Source: Capsulimonadaceae bacterium (GTDB taxonomy: Bacteria; Armatimonadota; Armatimonadia; Armatimonadales; Capsulimonadaceae). From it: 64,000 nt of DNA. A program made the translations under genes and the position numbers. The DNA is taken from assembly GCA_965215505.1 (NCBI GenBank), contig OZ244065.1:1728001-1792000 (forward strand), in the 5' to 3' direction. This document shows, one piece after another, positions 8,333 to 18,606 of this stretch (its first letter is position 1; each line of letters starts with the position of its first letter). The notes beneath the pieces were generated by a model that was given only the letters and a program-made list of their open reading frames with translations, was not told the DNA's origin and made no database searches.

Positions 8333-10465
8333 TTACTTGTGGAGGCCGATCGCGCCCACGATCACGAACACGAGGATGGCAAGAATCCCGACGACCATCG
8401 AGAAAGCGTAAGAGCGGACGTAACCGTTCTGGGTCTTGCGGATGCGCTGGCCGGACCAGGCGGCCAAGACCCCCACCCCATTGACGATGCCGTTGATGCC
8501 CCGCTCGTCGAAGGTGATCCAGAGCCAGTTCGCCATCTTCTTGCCCAGCTTGACGAACCAGAAATTGTAGGCCTCGTCCACGAAATACTTGTTCAGAATC
8601 GCCCAGTTATACCAACCTGCACTAAGCAGACGGTGATTGGCACGGACGGCCGGCTGCATCAGCTCGCCACTGTGGTCGGTGCGGAAGGACGACCGGTAGA
8701 CGCTGAAGCAGATGGCGAGGATTACAACGATTACGGCACACAACCCATAACCGAAATAGGGTTCCAGGCTTGGGCTTGTCTCCGGCCCGCGATAACCCGG
8801 CGTGGAGACGGATGGGGCCAGGAACTCCGCGAACGTCTTGAAGCGCAGGACAAGCCAGCCGGTGATGGAGGACAGCACGGCTAGGATGCCGATGGGAACG
8901 ATCATCGCCAGGCTCGACTCGTGCGCGCCGCGTGCCGCGTCCGTCCGGGGCGGCCCGGCATAGGTCTTCATCATCATCCGCATCATGTAGAAGGCGGTCA
9001 GCAGGGCAGTAAGCGCCCCGATAGCCCAGAACAGCAGCCCGCCGGCCTGGAAGTTAGTCCAGAGAATTTCGTCCTTGCTCCAGAACCCGGCGAAGGGGAC
9101 CACGCCTGAGATCGCGAGCGTCGCAGCCAGCATGGACCACGCCGTGACGGGGATTTTGCGCCAAAGCCCGCCCATGTTCCGCATGTCCTGGGGGTCGTTC
9201 GGGTCAGGACCGGCGGTGCCGCCGGTCTTCTCGTCCGCCGAGTCGCCGTGTTCGGAATGGGCGGCGTCCTGCTCACCGTGGTGCCCGTGCGAGGCGTGCA
9301 TGGCGTGTTCGACGGCGTGGATGACCGAGCCGGAGCCGAGGAAGAGGCAGGCCTTGAAGAAGGCATGGGTCATCACATGGAACATGCCCGCCGCGAAGAC
9401 GCCCGCGCCGCAGGCGGCGAACATATAGCCGAGCTGCGAGACGGTGGAGTAGGCCAGGACGCGCTTGATGTCGTTCTGCATCAGGCCGATGGTGGCCGCG
9501 AAGAAGGCGGTCGCGATGCCGGTCACGGCAATCGTGATCATAGCGGTATCGGACAGCTCAAACAGCGCGTGGGTGCGGGAGACGAGGTAGATGCCCGCCG
9601 TCACCATCGTGGCGGCATGAATGAGGGCCGAAACCGGCGTCGGGCCTTCCATCGCGTCCGGCAGCCAGGTGTAGAGCGGGAACTGTGCCGACTTGCCCGT
9701 GCAGCCCAGGAAGAGCATCAGGAGCATCGTCGTGATGAGCGTCGGCGTCGCCAGTCGCAGAATGGCGGGCGCGGCTTCGGTCATTCCGGTCACGCCGGAT
9801 TGGCCGGTCACGAAGTCGAGCGTATTAAAGTAGTGGAACAGGAAGAACATCCCAATCAGGACACCGACATCACCGATGCGGTTGACGATGAACGCCTTCT
9901 TGGCCGCGTCCCCCGCCGACTTCTTCTCGTAGAAGAAGCCGATGAGCAGGTAGGAACACAGCCCGACGCCTTCCCAGCCGATGAACAGCATCAGGAGGTT
10001 GTTCGCCATGACCAGCAGCAGCATGAAGAAGATGAACAGGTTCAGGTAGGTGAAGAACCTCTGGTAGCCTTTATCTTCCGCCATGTAGCTCGTGGAGTAC
10101 AGATGGATGAGGCCGCCGACGCCGGTGATTATGAGCATCATCAGGACGGAGAGTGGGTCAATCAGCAGCTCGAAGTTGACGGCAAAGCTGTGGATGACAC
10201 CATTCGGGTCGGCCGGCACATACAGCCAGGGCGCGAGGTAGACCGTGGCCTGCTTGTGACCATCAAGGGCGGCCATGACGTGCTGGAACAGCAGGCAGGC
10301 GACGACGAAGGAGGCGAACACGGCGGCGGTGCCGATGAAGCCTGCCACAACTTTAGGCAAGGGTTTACCCGTGAGTGGGCCGAGGACGCCGTTAATCAGG
10401 AAGCCGATCAGCGGGAAAAACGGGATGAGCCAGGCGTATAGGAGGGTCTGGTCAGAGTGCGGCAT
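8333..10465 (-). CDS. nuoL: NADH-quinone oxidoreductase subunit L
   Basis: GWEGVGLCSYLLIGF, KSAQFPLYTWLPDAMEGPTPVSALIHAATMV, HAFFKA. Confidence 0.96.
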   Translation of the reverse strand: MPHSDQTLLYAWLIPFFPLIGFLINGVLGPLTGKPLPKVVAGFIGTAAVFASFVVACLLFQHVMAALDGHKQATVYLAPWLYVPADPNGVIHSFAVNFELLIDPLSVLMMLIITGVGGLIHLYSTSYMAEDKGYQRFFTYLNLFIFFMLLLVMANNLLMLFIGWEGVGLCSYLLIGFFYEKKSAGDAAKKAFIVNRIGDVGVLIGMFFLFHYFNTLDFVTGQSGVTGMTEAAPAILRLATPTLITTMLLMLFLGCTGKSAQFPLYTWLPDAMEGPTPVSALIHAATMVTAGIYLVSRTHALFELSDTAMITIAVTGIATAFFAATIGLMQNDIKRVLAYSTVSQLGYMFAACGAGVFAAGMFHVMTHAFFKACLFLGSGSVIHAVEHAMHASHGHHGEQDAAHSEHGDSADEKTGGTAGPDPNDPQDMRNMGGLWRKIPVTAWSMLAATLAISGVVPFAGFWSKDEILWTNFQAGGLLFWAIGALTALLTAFYMMRMMMKTYAGPPRTDAARGAHESSLAMIVPIGILAVLSSITGWLVLRFKTFAEFLAPSVSTPGYRGPETSPSLEPYFGYGLCAVIVVILAICFSVYRSSFRTDHSGELMQPAVRANHRLLSAGWYNWAILNKYFVDEAYNFWFVKLGKKMANWLWITFDERGINGIVNGVGVLAAWSGQRIRKTQNGYVRSYAFSMVVGILAILVFVIVGAIGLHK

Positions 10466-10517
10466 GTGAACTCCAGGGGTAGGCCCTCGTTCTAGGAGAG
10501 AACGGAGGCGAGGGGGT

Positions 10518-10832
10518 TTACCCCTTCATCAAATCAATCTCGTCCACGTTGATGGACGTTCGGTTGCGGAAGATGGAAACCAGGATGCCCAGGCCGACGG
10601 CGACCTCGGCGGCGGCGACAGCCATGACGAAGATCACCATCATCTGGCCGCCGAGGTCGCCCCGGTAGCGGGAGAAGGCGACGAATGTCAGGTTGACGGC
10701 GTTCAGCATCAGCTCCACGCACATGAAGATGACGATAGGATTGCGCTTAATCAGGACGCCGACGACGCCGATGGTGAACAGGATGGCGCTGAGGATCAGA
10801 TAGTAGTCCAGGGGGATGTACTCGTTCGTCAC
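10518..10832 (-). CDS. nuoK: NADH-quinone oxidoreductase subunit K
   Basis: [20 protein letters not shown]. Confidence 0.95.
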   Translation of the reverse strand: MTNEYIPLDYYLILSAILFTIGVVGVLIKRNPIVIFMCVELMLNAVNLTFVAFSRYRGDLGGQMMVIFVMAVAAAEVAVGLGILVSIFRNRTSINVDEIDLMKG

Positions 10833-10841
10833 GCTTAAATC

Positions 10842-11363
10842 CTATATCCTTTTCTTCGCCAGCATGACCGCGCCGACGGCGGCGACGAGCAGCAGGATCG
10901 AGACGACCTCAAAGGGGAATGTCCAGGTGGAGGAGAAGAGGCCGGGGTTGTTCGGCCCCAGCCCCAGCCCGATCTCCTGCGGCCCGACCAGGGCAGTCGG
11001 GAGCGTCTGCGGGTGGGCGGGGACGGTGGCGATGATCGTCGCCAGCACGGCGATGACGGCCAAGCCGGCCACGACCGCGAGAGGCTGCTGCGGCTTCAGC
11101 CGGTCCACGATGCGTTCGGGTGTTCCTAGGTTCAGCAGCATGATGACGAAGATAAACAGCACCATGATCGCGCCGGCGTAAACGATCACCTGCACGGCGG
11201 CGATGAAGACCGCGTGCAGGGACAGGAACAGCAGGGCGACGCTGAACAGGACCAGGACCAAATAGAGGGCGCTGCGGACGGGGTTGTCCACGAGGATCAT
11301 GGCGATGCCGCACACGACGGTGATGGCGGCCAGGATGCCGAAAAGGATAAGCTGCGGGGTCAT
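10842..11363 (-). CDS. nuoJ: NADH-quinone oxidoreductase subunit J
   Basis: VQVIVYAGAIMVLFIFVIMLL, PFEVVSILLLVA. Confidence 0.95.
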   Translation of the reverse strand: MTPQLILFGILAAITVVCGIAMILVDNPVRSALYLVLVLFSVALLFLSLHAVFIAAVQVIVYAGAIMVLFIFVIMLLNLGTPERIVDRLKPQQPLAVVAGLAVIAVLATIIATVPAHPQTLPTALVGPQEIGLGLGPNNPGLFSSTWTFPFEVVSILLLVAAVGAVMLAKKRI

Positions 11364-11414
11364 ATGTTGTCTCGGAATCTGCCGGGCCTTGCGGCCCGGC
11401 GGGTTCTTTCGCGT

Positions 11415-11879
11415 TTACAGGGTCGGGTCGGCGACCAGCATCATCTCTTTCGTGTAGATGGTGTCCTTGCGGTTGTACTCGGCCAACTCGCACAAGTCCT
11501 TGAGTTGGACGGCCTGCGTCGGGCAGGCTTCCTCGCAGTAGCCACAGAAGATGCAGCGGAGCATGTTGATCTCGTACTGTGCGGCGAACCGCTCGCCGGG
11601 CGAAACGCGGTTTTCTTCCGTGTTCTCCGCCGCAACCACTAAAATGGCGTTCGCGGGGCAGGCCCCGGCGCAGAGGGAGCAGCCGATACACTTCTCCAGG
11701 CCGTTCTCGTAGCGGTTCAGGACGTGCCGCCAGCGCGACCGGCGCGGCATCGGGCGATGCACTTCCGGGTACTGGATGGTCACACGCGCTTCGTGCGAAG
11801 CGCCCTGGGTGATCCGCATGCCCGTGAAGGGTGCCTTGATCTCGCCCGCGAGGGCTTTTATGTCATCCATGAGGCTCAT
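11415..11879 (-). CDS. nuoI: NADH-quinone oxidoreductase subunit I
   Basis: Two 4Fe-4S motifs, [12 protein letters not shown] and [12 protein letters not shown]. Confidence 0.95.
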   Translation of the reverse strand: MSLMDDIKALAGEIKAPFTGMRITQGASHEARVTIQYPEVHRPMPRRSRWRHVLNRYENGLEKCIGCSLCAGACPANAILVVAAENTEENRVSPGERFAAQYEINMLRCIFCGYCEEACPTQAVQLKDLCELAEYNRKDTIYTKEMMLVADPTL

Positions 11880-11911
11880 GGGTGTCTTGTCCTTTTCTAA
11901 TCTGATTATTG

Positions 11912-13399
11912 TCAGCGCCGAGAAGTCAGCGCGTCATCAATGATGTTAGCTTCGCGCTCGCTTTTCGCGGCCGGGAAGCCGCCGATGCTGGCGTCAGGGG
12001 GCAGCGTCTGCGCCCCATAGCCGGGGTTCTCGGCGATGACGCGGTACGGCTGCGGCGTGGAATGAAGCTCGATGGTCGAGCCGCGCCGCGAGTTGGTCGC
12101 GAAGATCTGGAGCGGCTTGCTCTTGCCGAAGAAGTAGAGGCTGATGACGAAGACCACCGCCCAAGCTGCCAGCGCGATGGGATAACCCAAAGCGATGCCA
12201 ACAGCAAGTAGCAGCACGTTGACAAGGGCGATGGGCAGGATTCCCTGCCAGCCGATCTTCATCAGCATGTCATACCGCAGGCGGGGCAGGGTGGCACGAA
12301 TCCAGATGAAGAAGTACAGGCCGCCCAGAATCTTAATCGTCAGCCACACGACCGGCAGCAACGAATTGACGATGAGCGTCGCCCAAGGGATGCCCCAATG
12401 GGCGATGTCACGCCCGCCTGCCGCGTTGAACGTGTACACATTGACGATGCCCTGCGGCAACTGGTCCAGCCAGGGAATCGGCGCGTGGAAACCACCCAAG
12501 AAGAGCGTCGAGCCGATGGCGCTGACCACGATCATGTTGGCATACTCGCCCAGGAAGAACGTCGCGAACTTCATGGACGTGTATTCGGTGTGGTAGCCTG
12601 CGACAAGCTCCGTCTCGGCTTCCGGCAGATCGAACGGCGCGCGGTTCGTCTCGGCCAGCATGGAAACCAAGTAGATCAGGGCGGCGATGGCACCCAGCGG
12701 GAAGAACTTGAAGACGTTCCAGGCCGGGAGCGCGATGCCGTAATGTGTCAGGGTCGGAGTAATCTCGTAGAAGCCCTGCTGCTTGACGATCTCTTGCAGG
12801 CTCAGGCTGCCCGAGAGCAGGACAACGGAGATGATCGCAAGACCCATGCCCAGTTCATAGGAGATCATCTGCGCCGACGACCGCAGGCCACCGAGAAGCG
12901 AATACTTGTTATTGGACGACCAGCCCGCCAGGACGACGCCGTAGACGGCGAGCGACGACCAGGCCAGCATGTACAGGACGCCGACATTGACGTTCGGCGC
13001 GGCGGCCCCCCAGGTGTAGCTTGGCCCCCAGGGTACGACGGCGGCGGTCACGAGCGAAGGAATCAGGAAGACGATCGGCGCGAGGATGAACAGGACCTTG
13101 TCCACGTTCGTCGGGTTCATGTCCTCTTTGAACAGCAGCTTCAGGCCGTCGGCGATGGTCTGGAGCAGCCCGAAGGGTCCGACGCGGTTGGGGCCCTGCC
13201 GCTGCTGCATCCAGCCGAGCAGGCGGCGCTCCCACCAGACGAGGGGCGGCACGACCAGCAGGATCGCGAAGACCCCGATCAGGACGCGCACGACGGTGCG
13301 GACCAGGTCAATCCACCAGAGCTGCGGCGGGAGCATGCCGGTGCTGGTGTGGACCGGGTCCACATTGAAGAAGTAGTGAAAGAATGTTGACGGGTCCAT
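11912..13399 (-). CDS. nuoH: NADH-quinone oxidoreductase subunit H (extended)
   Basis: [53 protein letters not shown]. Confidence 0.95.
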   Translation of the reverse strand: MDPSTFFHYFFNVDPVHTSTGMLPPQLWWIDLVRTVVRVLIGVFAILLVVPPLVWWERRLLGWMQQRQGPNRVGPFGLLQTIADGLKLLFKEDMNPTNVDKVLFILAPIVFLIPSLVTAAVVPWGPSYTWGAAAPNVNVGVLYMLAWSSLAVYGVVLAGWSSNNKYSLLGGLRSSAQMISYELGMGLAIISVVLLSGSLSLQEIVKQQGFYEITPTLTHYGIALPAWNVFKFFPLGAIAALIYLVSMLAETNRAPFDLPEAETELVAGYHTEYTSMKFATFFLGEYANMIVVSAIGSTLFLGGFHAPIPWLDQLPQGIVNVYTFNAAGGRDIAHWGIPWATLIVNSLLPVVWLTIKILGGLYFFIWIRATLPRLRYDMLMKIGWQGILPIALVNVLLLAVGIALGYPIALAAWAVVFVISLYFFGKSKPLQIFATNSRRGSTIELHSTPQPYRVIAENPGYGAQTLPPDASIGGFPAAKSEREANIIDDALTSRR

Positions 13400-13407
13400 A
13401 GTGTTTG

Positions 13408-15348
13408 TTAGGAGGCGGTCACGCGGCTGATCTCGCGCCGGATGTCGCGCGGCGAGAAATAGGGAACCGGCTTGCCCAGGCGGGACATCAATTCGGAGAC
13501 GATCTGCCAGTCCGCCTTGCTCTGCCCGCGCGGCTCGACGGCCTTCTTGAAGCGCTGCACACGGCCCTCGATGTTGGTGAACGAGCCGTCCTTCTCGATA
13601 AAAGAGCAGGTCGGCAGGAACACGCTCGCGAGCTTCGCCGTCTCGGTCAGGAACATGTCCTGCACGATCAGGTACGGCACCTTCTCCAAAGCGGCTCGGG
13701 CCAGGTCAGCGTCCGGGAATGCCGTGATCAGGTCGGTGCCCATGACGTACAGGGTCTTGATCTTGCCGCTGACGCAGCCTTCCAGGATGCCGCGCGTGTC
13801 CAGGCCGGGTTCGGCGGGGATGGGTCCGCCCCAGAGCGCCTCGAACTTCGGTGTCGCGCCGTTGCCGACGCTCGACATGGCGGGCAGGCGGTCCGGCAGG
13901 ATGCCCATCTGGATCGCGCCCCAGGAGTTGTTGTCGGGCAGCAGCACGTTCAGCTTCGCGCCCGACGCGGCGCAGGCGGCGCGCAGGAACTCGATGTCGG
14001 CGGGCGGCGTCTTGTACCAGGCCAGGACGACCGTCCCCGGACCCGCCGCGATGGCCTCGGCGACTTCGGCGGAGCGGGCATTGTCGTTGCGGAAATAGTG
14101 CGCGCCGCCTTTGGAAATGGCCTTGTAGATACGCAGCCACAGGACGGGCAGGTCGTCGTCAATCTCCGTGCCGATGGCGACGATGCGCTTGGCCTCGCCC
14201 ACCTCGGCGATGGAGGTCTGCATCGGGATGATCGGGAACGGCGACATCCGGTGGTCCAGGTTGTTGGTGCCAAGTGCGGTGCGGAACATGCGCTGGAACA
14301 GGTACAGGTCCTCATTGGAGGCGCGGGTCGAGCCGATGCCGGCCACGCTGTTCGGGTCGGCGGCGGCAGCGTCCTTCAGAGCCTTGGAGGCCGCGCCTAG
14401 AGCATCATCCCAAGTGACCTTGCGGAGCTGGGAGGCGTAACGCTGGAGGGGGTCCTTGATGCGGTCGGTGCTGTTGACCCAATATTGTTCGAACTTGCCC
14501 CGGTCGCAGGTCCACTCCTCGTTCACGTCCTCGTTCAGCCGGGCGTTGACGCGCATCAGCTCGCCGTTGCGGCTCTGGGCGACGATGCTGCACCCGACGC
14601 CGCACATGGAGCAGACGGAGTCCTGTGACTGGAACTCCCAGGGCCGGGCGGCGAACCGATAGGTCCGGGAGGTCAGCGCGCCGACCGGGCAAAGCTCGAT
14701 GGTGTTGCCGCTGAACTTGGACTTAAAGCCTTCCGGGGAGAACGGCGAGATGATGGCCGCATTGCCCCGGTTCTCGATTGCCAGTTCACCGTCACCGGAA
14801 ATCTCCTCGGTGAAGCGCGTGCAGCGCGCACACTGGATGCAGCGCTCGCGGTCCAACACGACATATTCCGAAATAGGAACAGCCTTGGGGAAGTGGCGCT
14901 TCTCGTCAATGAACCGCGTCACGCCCGGCCCGTACTGGTAGGTCATGTTCTGCAAGGGACATTCGCCGCCCCGGTCGCAGATCGGGCAGTCCAGCGGGTG
15001 GTTGATCAGCAGGAACTCCAGAATGGCGTTCTGCGCCTGCTTGGCCTCGGGCGAGATCGTGTCCACGGCCATGCCTTCGGCGACGGGCGTGGTGCAGGCG
15101 GTCTGGAGGCCGGGCACTTTGGCGATGCTGATGAGGCACATCCGGCACGCCCCGACGGGCTTCAGGCGCGGGTGGTGGCAGAAGTAAGGAACGTCGGCTC
15201 CAGCCTGGAACGCCGCCGTGATAACGAGGGTTCCCTTGGGAACCGAAACGGGCTTGCCGTCAACCGTGAGGTTGACCATGTCCACGGGGGGCTGCGCCTT
15301 CGTAGTCCCCTGCGCGGGTGCGATTGTCACTGTCGGTAATTCCGCCAT
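13408..15348 (-). CDS. nuoG: NADH-quinone oxidoreductase subunit G
   Basis: FCHHP..ACRMC, HPLDCPICDRGGEC, CIQCARC, CSMCGVGC..CDRG, TNIEGRVQ. Confidence 0.95.
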   Translation of the reverse strand: MAELPTVTIAPAQGTTKAQPPVDMVNLTVDGKPVSVPKGTLVITAAFQAGADVPYFCHHPRLKPVGACRMCLISIAKVPGLQTACTTPVAEGMAVDTISPEAKQAQNAILEFLLINHPLDCPICDRGGECPLQNMTYQYGPGVTRFIDEKRHFPKAVPISEYVVLDRERCIQCARCTRFTEEISGDGELAIENRGNAAIISPFSPEGFKSKFSGNTIELCPVGALTSRTYRFAARPWEFQSQDSVCSMCGVGCSIVAQSRNGELMRVNARLNEDVNEEWTCDRGKFEQYWVNSTDRIKDPLQRYASQLRKVTWDDALGAASKALKDAAAADPNSVAGIGSTRASNEDLYLFQRMFRTALGTNNLDHRMSPFPIIPMQTSIAEVGEAKRIVAIGTEIDDDLPVLWLRIYKAISKGGAHYFRNDNARSAEVAEAIAAGPGTVVLAWYKTPPADIEFLRAACAASGAKLNVLLPDNNSWGAIQMGILPDRLPAMSSVGNGATPKFEALWGGPIPAEPGLDTRGILEGCVSGKIKTLYVMGTDLITAFPDADLARAALEKVPYLIVQDMFLTETAKLASVFLPTCSFIEKDGSFTNIEGRVQRFKKAVEPRGQSKADWQIVSELMSRLGKPVPYFSPRDIRREISRVTAS

Positions 15349-15396
15349 GCGTATTTCTCTTGATCCTAAATCTATGCTTGCGTCGCTTTGCGCCTG

Positions 15397-15651
15397 TTAG
15401 TTATAGAAGTCACTGCGCGGTCCCACACGGATGATTGTCACCACTTTAGCTTGATCGTCTATGGGGTAAGCGACACGGTACTCGCCTACACGTATGCGCC
15501 AAACGTCTTCCTCAGACCTCAGTTTTATGCAGCCGGGGGGCCGTGGGTCATCGGCCAGCGCAAGTATCGCCACTGTTACCCGGTTCTTGACCGCCCTGTC
15601 AAGTCGCCGAAGGTCCTTCTCTGCGGACGACGTAATGACAATGCTATACAT
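15397..15651 (-). CDS. RelE/ParE family type II toxin
   Basis: AEKDLRRL..LADDPRPPGCIKL..WRIRVGEYRV..IRVGPRSDFY. Confidence 0.88.
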   Translation of the reverse strand: MYSIVITSSAEKDLRRLDRAVKNRVTVAILALADDPRPPGCIKLRSEEDVWRIRVGEYRVAYPIDDQAKVVTIIRVGPRSDFYN

Positions 15652-15847
15652 CTATCTCGTAGGCGGCCCGCATTTCGGCGACGACCTCTCCAAAAGGGCG
15701 CGTCGATTCGTTGCGGCTGTCACGGGCGAGGCGCGCAAGATCAAGGTCTTCAAGCCACTCCTGAAACGCCTGATATTGCTCTATAGGCAACAGCACCGCC
15801 ATCTTGCGTCCCTCGGCATCGGTAACGAACTGAACATCTTGAACCAT
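15644..15847 (-). CDS. Putative antitoxin
   Basis: 67 aa acidic protein overlapping the toxin start by 8 nt; GRKMAVLLPIEQY..EDLDLARLA. Confidence 0.8.
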   Translation of the reverse strand: MVQDVQFVTDAEGRKMAVLLPIEQYQAFQEWLEDLDLARLARDSRNESTRPFGEVVAEMRAAYEIDV

Positions 15848-15857
15848 GATCGCCGCC

Positions 15858-16694
15858 TTATTCGTGCCCCGCTGCCACTAGCTGCCGGCTCGTGACTTCG
15901 ACTTCCTGCCGGCCGTCGCGGTCCACCCAGACGCCGCAGGGGCCGCCGTCCTCGACGCCCTCTATCGTGAACGCGGTGCCGTCCATCCGCAGGACGGGCT
16001 GGTCGTACTCGGAAACACGCTCGGCGCGGTCTTCGATGTAGTGACCAATCAGCGAGCGGCGGAAGCGGTCCTTGCTCGTGTTCGGGTAGGAGCCGTGTAC
16101 CAGGGAACCGGTGAAGAACAGGACATCCCCGGCTGCCATCAGTACGGGAACGGCCTCAACACCCTCAGGCAGCGGGACGGTCACGTCCGTGAAGCTGGCC
16201 GAGGTGTCTGCTTTCGCCGTGCAGAGGATCGGCCACTCGTGGCTGCCGGGGACGACCCGCATGCAGCCGTTCTCCTCGTCGCAGTCGTCCAAAGCGAGCC
16301 AGGCCGCCATGCAGGTGCCCGGCTGCGCTTTGAGGTAGAAGTTGTCCTGGTGCAAGGCCTGCCCACGCGCCCCGGCGGGCTTGAAGTAGAGCATGGTTTG
16401 CACGGCCAAAGGCTCCGTGCCGAGGAAGGCATTCAGACACTCGTTCAGGCGGCTGTCCAGCAGCCAGCGCAAGCTGGCTTCATCCCAGCGGTGCATGTGG
16501 ATCATGCGCGGGAACTTCTTGAGCGGGTCGGCGGACTGCACAGTCTCGGCCACCATGTCGCCGGGTTTGACGCCGTCAGAGCGCAAGGCCATGAAGTGGT
16601 TGCGGTAGAACGCGACCTCTTCCGGCAAAAACAGGCCCTTGATGACGGCGTAACCGTTTTGCGCGATGAACGCTTTGTCCGACGCGGTGACCAT
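15858..16694 (-). CDS. Phytanoyl-CoA dioxygenase (PhyH) family Fe(II)/2OG enzyme
   Basis: LHQDNFY (HxD), WLALDD..NGC, LVHGS.N, RRSL. Confidence 0.9.
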   Translation of the reverse strand: MVTASDKAFIAQNGYAVIKGLFLPEEVAFYRNHFMALRSDGVKPGDMVAETVQSADPLKKFPRMIHMHRWDEASLRWLLDSRLNECLNAFLGTEPLAVQTMLYFKPAGARGQALHQDNFYLKAQPGTCMAAWLALDDCDEENGCMRVVPGSHEWPILCTAKADTSASFTDVTVPLPEGVEAVPVLMAAGDVLFFTGSLVHGSYPNTSKDRFRRSLIGHYIEDRAERVSEYDQPVLRMDGTAFTIEGVEDGGPCGVWVDRDGRQEVEVTSRQLVAAGHE

Positions 16695-16705
16695 GCGGTT
16701 GCCTC

Positions 16706-18064
16706 TCAGACGGCCGCCATTTGCAGGGGCGCGAAGACCCGCTGCGGGCGGTCGGTCTTGGGGATGAGCGCCTCGTACTCGTCCCGGTAGTAATAGATCG
16801 CGCCCTTGCCGAAGCGCGTCTCGGCCAGCGGCATGGCGGCGGCATCGCCAAGGGCGCAGAAGGAGCGCCCGAAGATATTGTTGCAGACGTCCAGGATGAG
16901 GTCAATGTCGCCGGGACGGCCGCCGCCAGCCATGATGCGGTCGTGGATCTTGACCAGCCACGTTGTCCCCTCTCGGCAGGGCGTACACTTGCCGCAGGAC
17001 TCGTGCGCGTAGAAGTGGGCCAGCCGGGTCATCAAAGCAGGGACGCTCACCGTCTCATCGTAAACGATCAGGGCGCCGGACCCGAGCATCGAGCCGACCT
17101 TGCCCAGAGAGCCATAGTCGTAAGGCGTGTCGATAAAGCTCGCCGGCAGGAGTGGCGTGGACGAGCCGCCGGGGATGATGAACTTGAGCTGCTTGTCGTC
17201 CTTCATGCCGCCCGCCAGGTCATAAATCAGCTCACGGATCGGGGTCCCCAGGACGATCTCGTAGTTGCCGGGCCGCTTGACGTGGCCGCTGATCGTCACC
17301 AGCTTGGTGCCCTTGCTCGCGCCGCCGCAGACGGGGCCGGGGCCGACTGTTCCGGGTCCGATCTTGGCGTACTCGGCGGCACCCATCTCCATGATGGGGA
17401 CGACGGCGGCGATGCTCTCGACATTGTTAATGAGCGTCGGGCAGTCCCACGCGCCGCGAATCTGTCGCAGGGGGGCGGCCGGGGGCTTGTGCCGGGGCAT
17501 GCCGCGCTCGCCCATCAGCGAGGACAGCAGGGCGGACTCTTCGCCGCACTCGTAGGAGCCGGCACCCATGTGAACGAAGATGTCCAGGTCGTAGCCGCTG
17601 CCGAGGATGTTCTTGCCGAGCAGGCCCTTGTCATAAGCCTGCTCGATGGCCTTCTCGATCTGCCGGGCGGGGTGGATGTACTCGCCCCGAATGTAGATGT
17701 AGCACGTCTTGGAGCGGATCGCCCAGGCGGCGATGATGCAGCCCTCGATCAAGATGTGCGGCACCTTGGTCATCAGCTCGCGGTCCTTGGCGGTGCCCGG
17801 CTCGCCCTCGTCGGCATTGATGACGAGGTAGTGGGGCTGGTCCCAGTTTTTCGGCACGGCGTTCCACTTGAAGCCGGTGCCGACGCCCGCGCCGCCGCGC
17901 CCGCGCAGGCCGGAGTCGGTCACTTCCTTGATGATGGCGTCGTGGTCCATCGTCAGGCACTTGCGGGCGGTGTCATAGCCGCCGTGCTTCATGTAGGTGT
18001 CGATGTTGTCAATGCCGGGAACGTGCCGGTGCTTGAACAAAAGCTGTATCTGTTCGGTCGCCAT
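16706..18064 (-). CDS. nuoF: NADH-quinone oxidoreductase subunit F
   Basis: GLRGRGGAG, NADEGEPG, CGEE, HESCGKCTPCREG..C. Confidence 0.95.
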   Translation of the reverse strand: MATEQIQLLFKHRHVPGIDNIDTYMKHGGYDTARKCLTMDHDAIIKEVTDSGLRGRGGAGVGTGFKWNAVPKNWDQPHYLVINADEGEPGTAKDRELMTKVPHILIEGCIIAAWAIRSKTCYIYIRGEYIHPARQIEKAIEQAYDKGLLGKNILGSGYDLDIFVHMGAGSYECGEESALLSSLMGERGMPRHKPPAAPLRQIRGAWDCPTLINNVESIAAVVPIMEMGAAEYAKIGPGTVGPGPVCGGASKGTKLVTISGHVKRPGNYEIVLGTPIRELIYDLAGGMKDDKQLKFIIPGGSSTPLLPASFIDTPYDYGSLGKVGSMLGSGALIVYDETVSVPALMTRLAHFYAHESCGKCTPCREGTTWLVKIHDRIMAGGGRPGDIDLILDVCNNIFGRSFCALGDAAAMPLAETRFGKGAIYYYRDEYEALIPKTDRPQRVFAPLQMAAV

Positions 18065-18119
18065 GGTGAGAAACCTTCTCTAAGCCCCTTCCGGGGCGCG
18101 TCCGTTACTTGTATGCAGG

Positions 18120-18593
18120 CTACTTGCGAGCGAGTTCGTCAATGATCCGGTCGGCGATCTCCGGCGTCAGGTCTTCATAGTAGGTGTCGCCGACCATCAT
18201 GCAGGGGGCATTGGCGCACGCGCCGAGGCACTCCGCACCGTTCAGGGTGAACTTGCGGTCGGGGGTCGTCTCGCCCTTGTCAATGCCAAGCTTGTTCCCG
18301 ATGTGGTCTATGAGCTGGTCCGCGCCGACGAACATGCAGACGATGTTGTGGCAGACCTCCAAGTGGTACTTGCCCACGGGGGCCTTGTTGTACATCGTAT
18401 AGAAGGTCGCCACGCCCTCCACATCGGCGGGCGGCAGTTCGAGGTAGCCCGCGACTTCCTTCATGGCCTCACGCGGCAGCCAGCCGCCGTTCTCCTCCTG
18501 TGCCAGCCACAGGGCGGGCAGCAAGGCGGCCTTCTTGGTCGGGTACTTCTTGAGGATGACGTCGAGCTTCTTTTTGGCTTCTTCGGTGAACAT
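18120..18593 (-). CDS. nuoE: NADH-quinone oxidoreductase subunit E
   Basis: VATFYTMY, C-x4-C, ECLGAC..AP; start reassigned to ATG 18593 (MFTEEAK). Confidence 0.93.
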   Translation of the reverse strand: MFTEEAKKKLDVILKKYPTKKAALLPALWLAQEENGGWLPREAMKEVAGYLELPPADVEGVATFYTMYNKAPVGKYHLEVCHNIVCMFVGADQLIDHIGNKLGIDKGETTPDRKFTLNGAECLGACANAPCMMVGDTYYEDLTPEIADRIIDELARK

Positions 18594-18606
18594 AAATCTT
18601 GATCTT

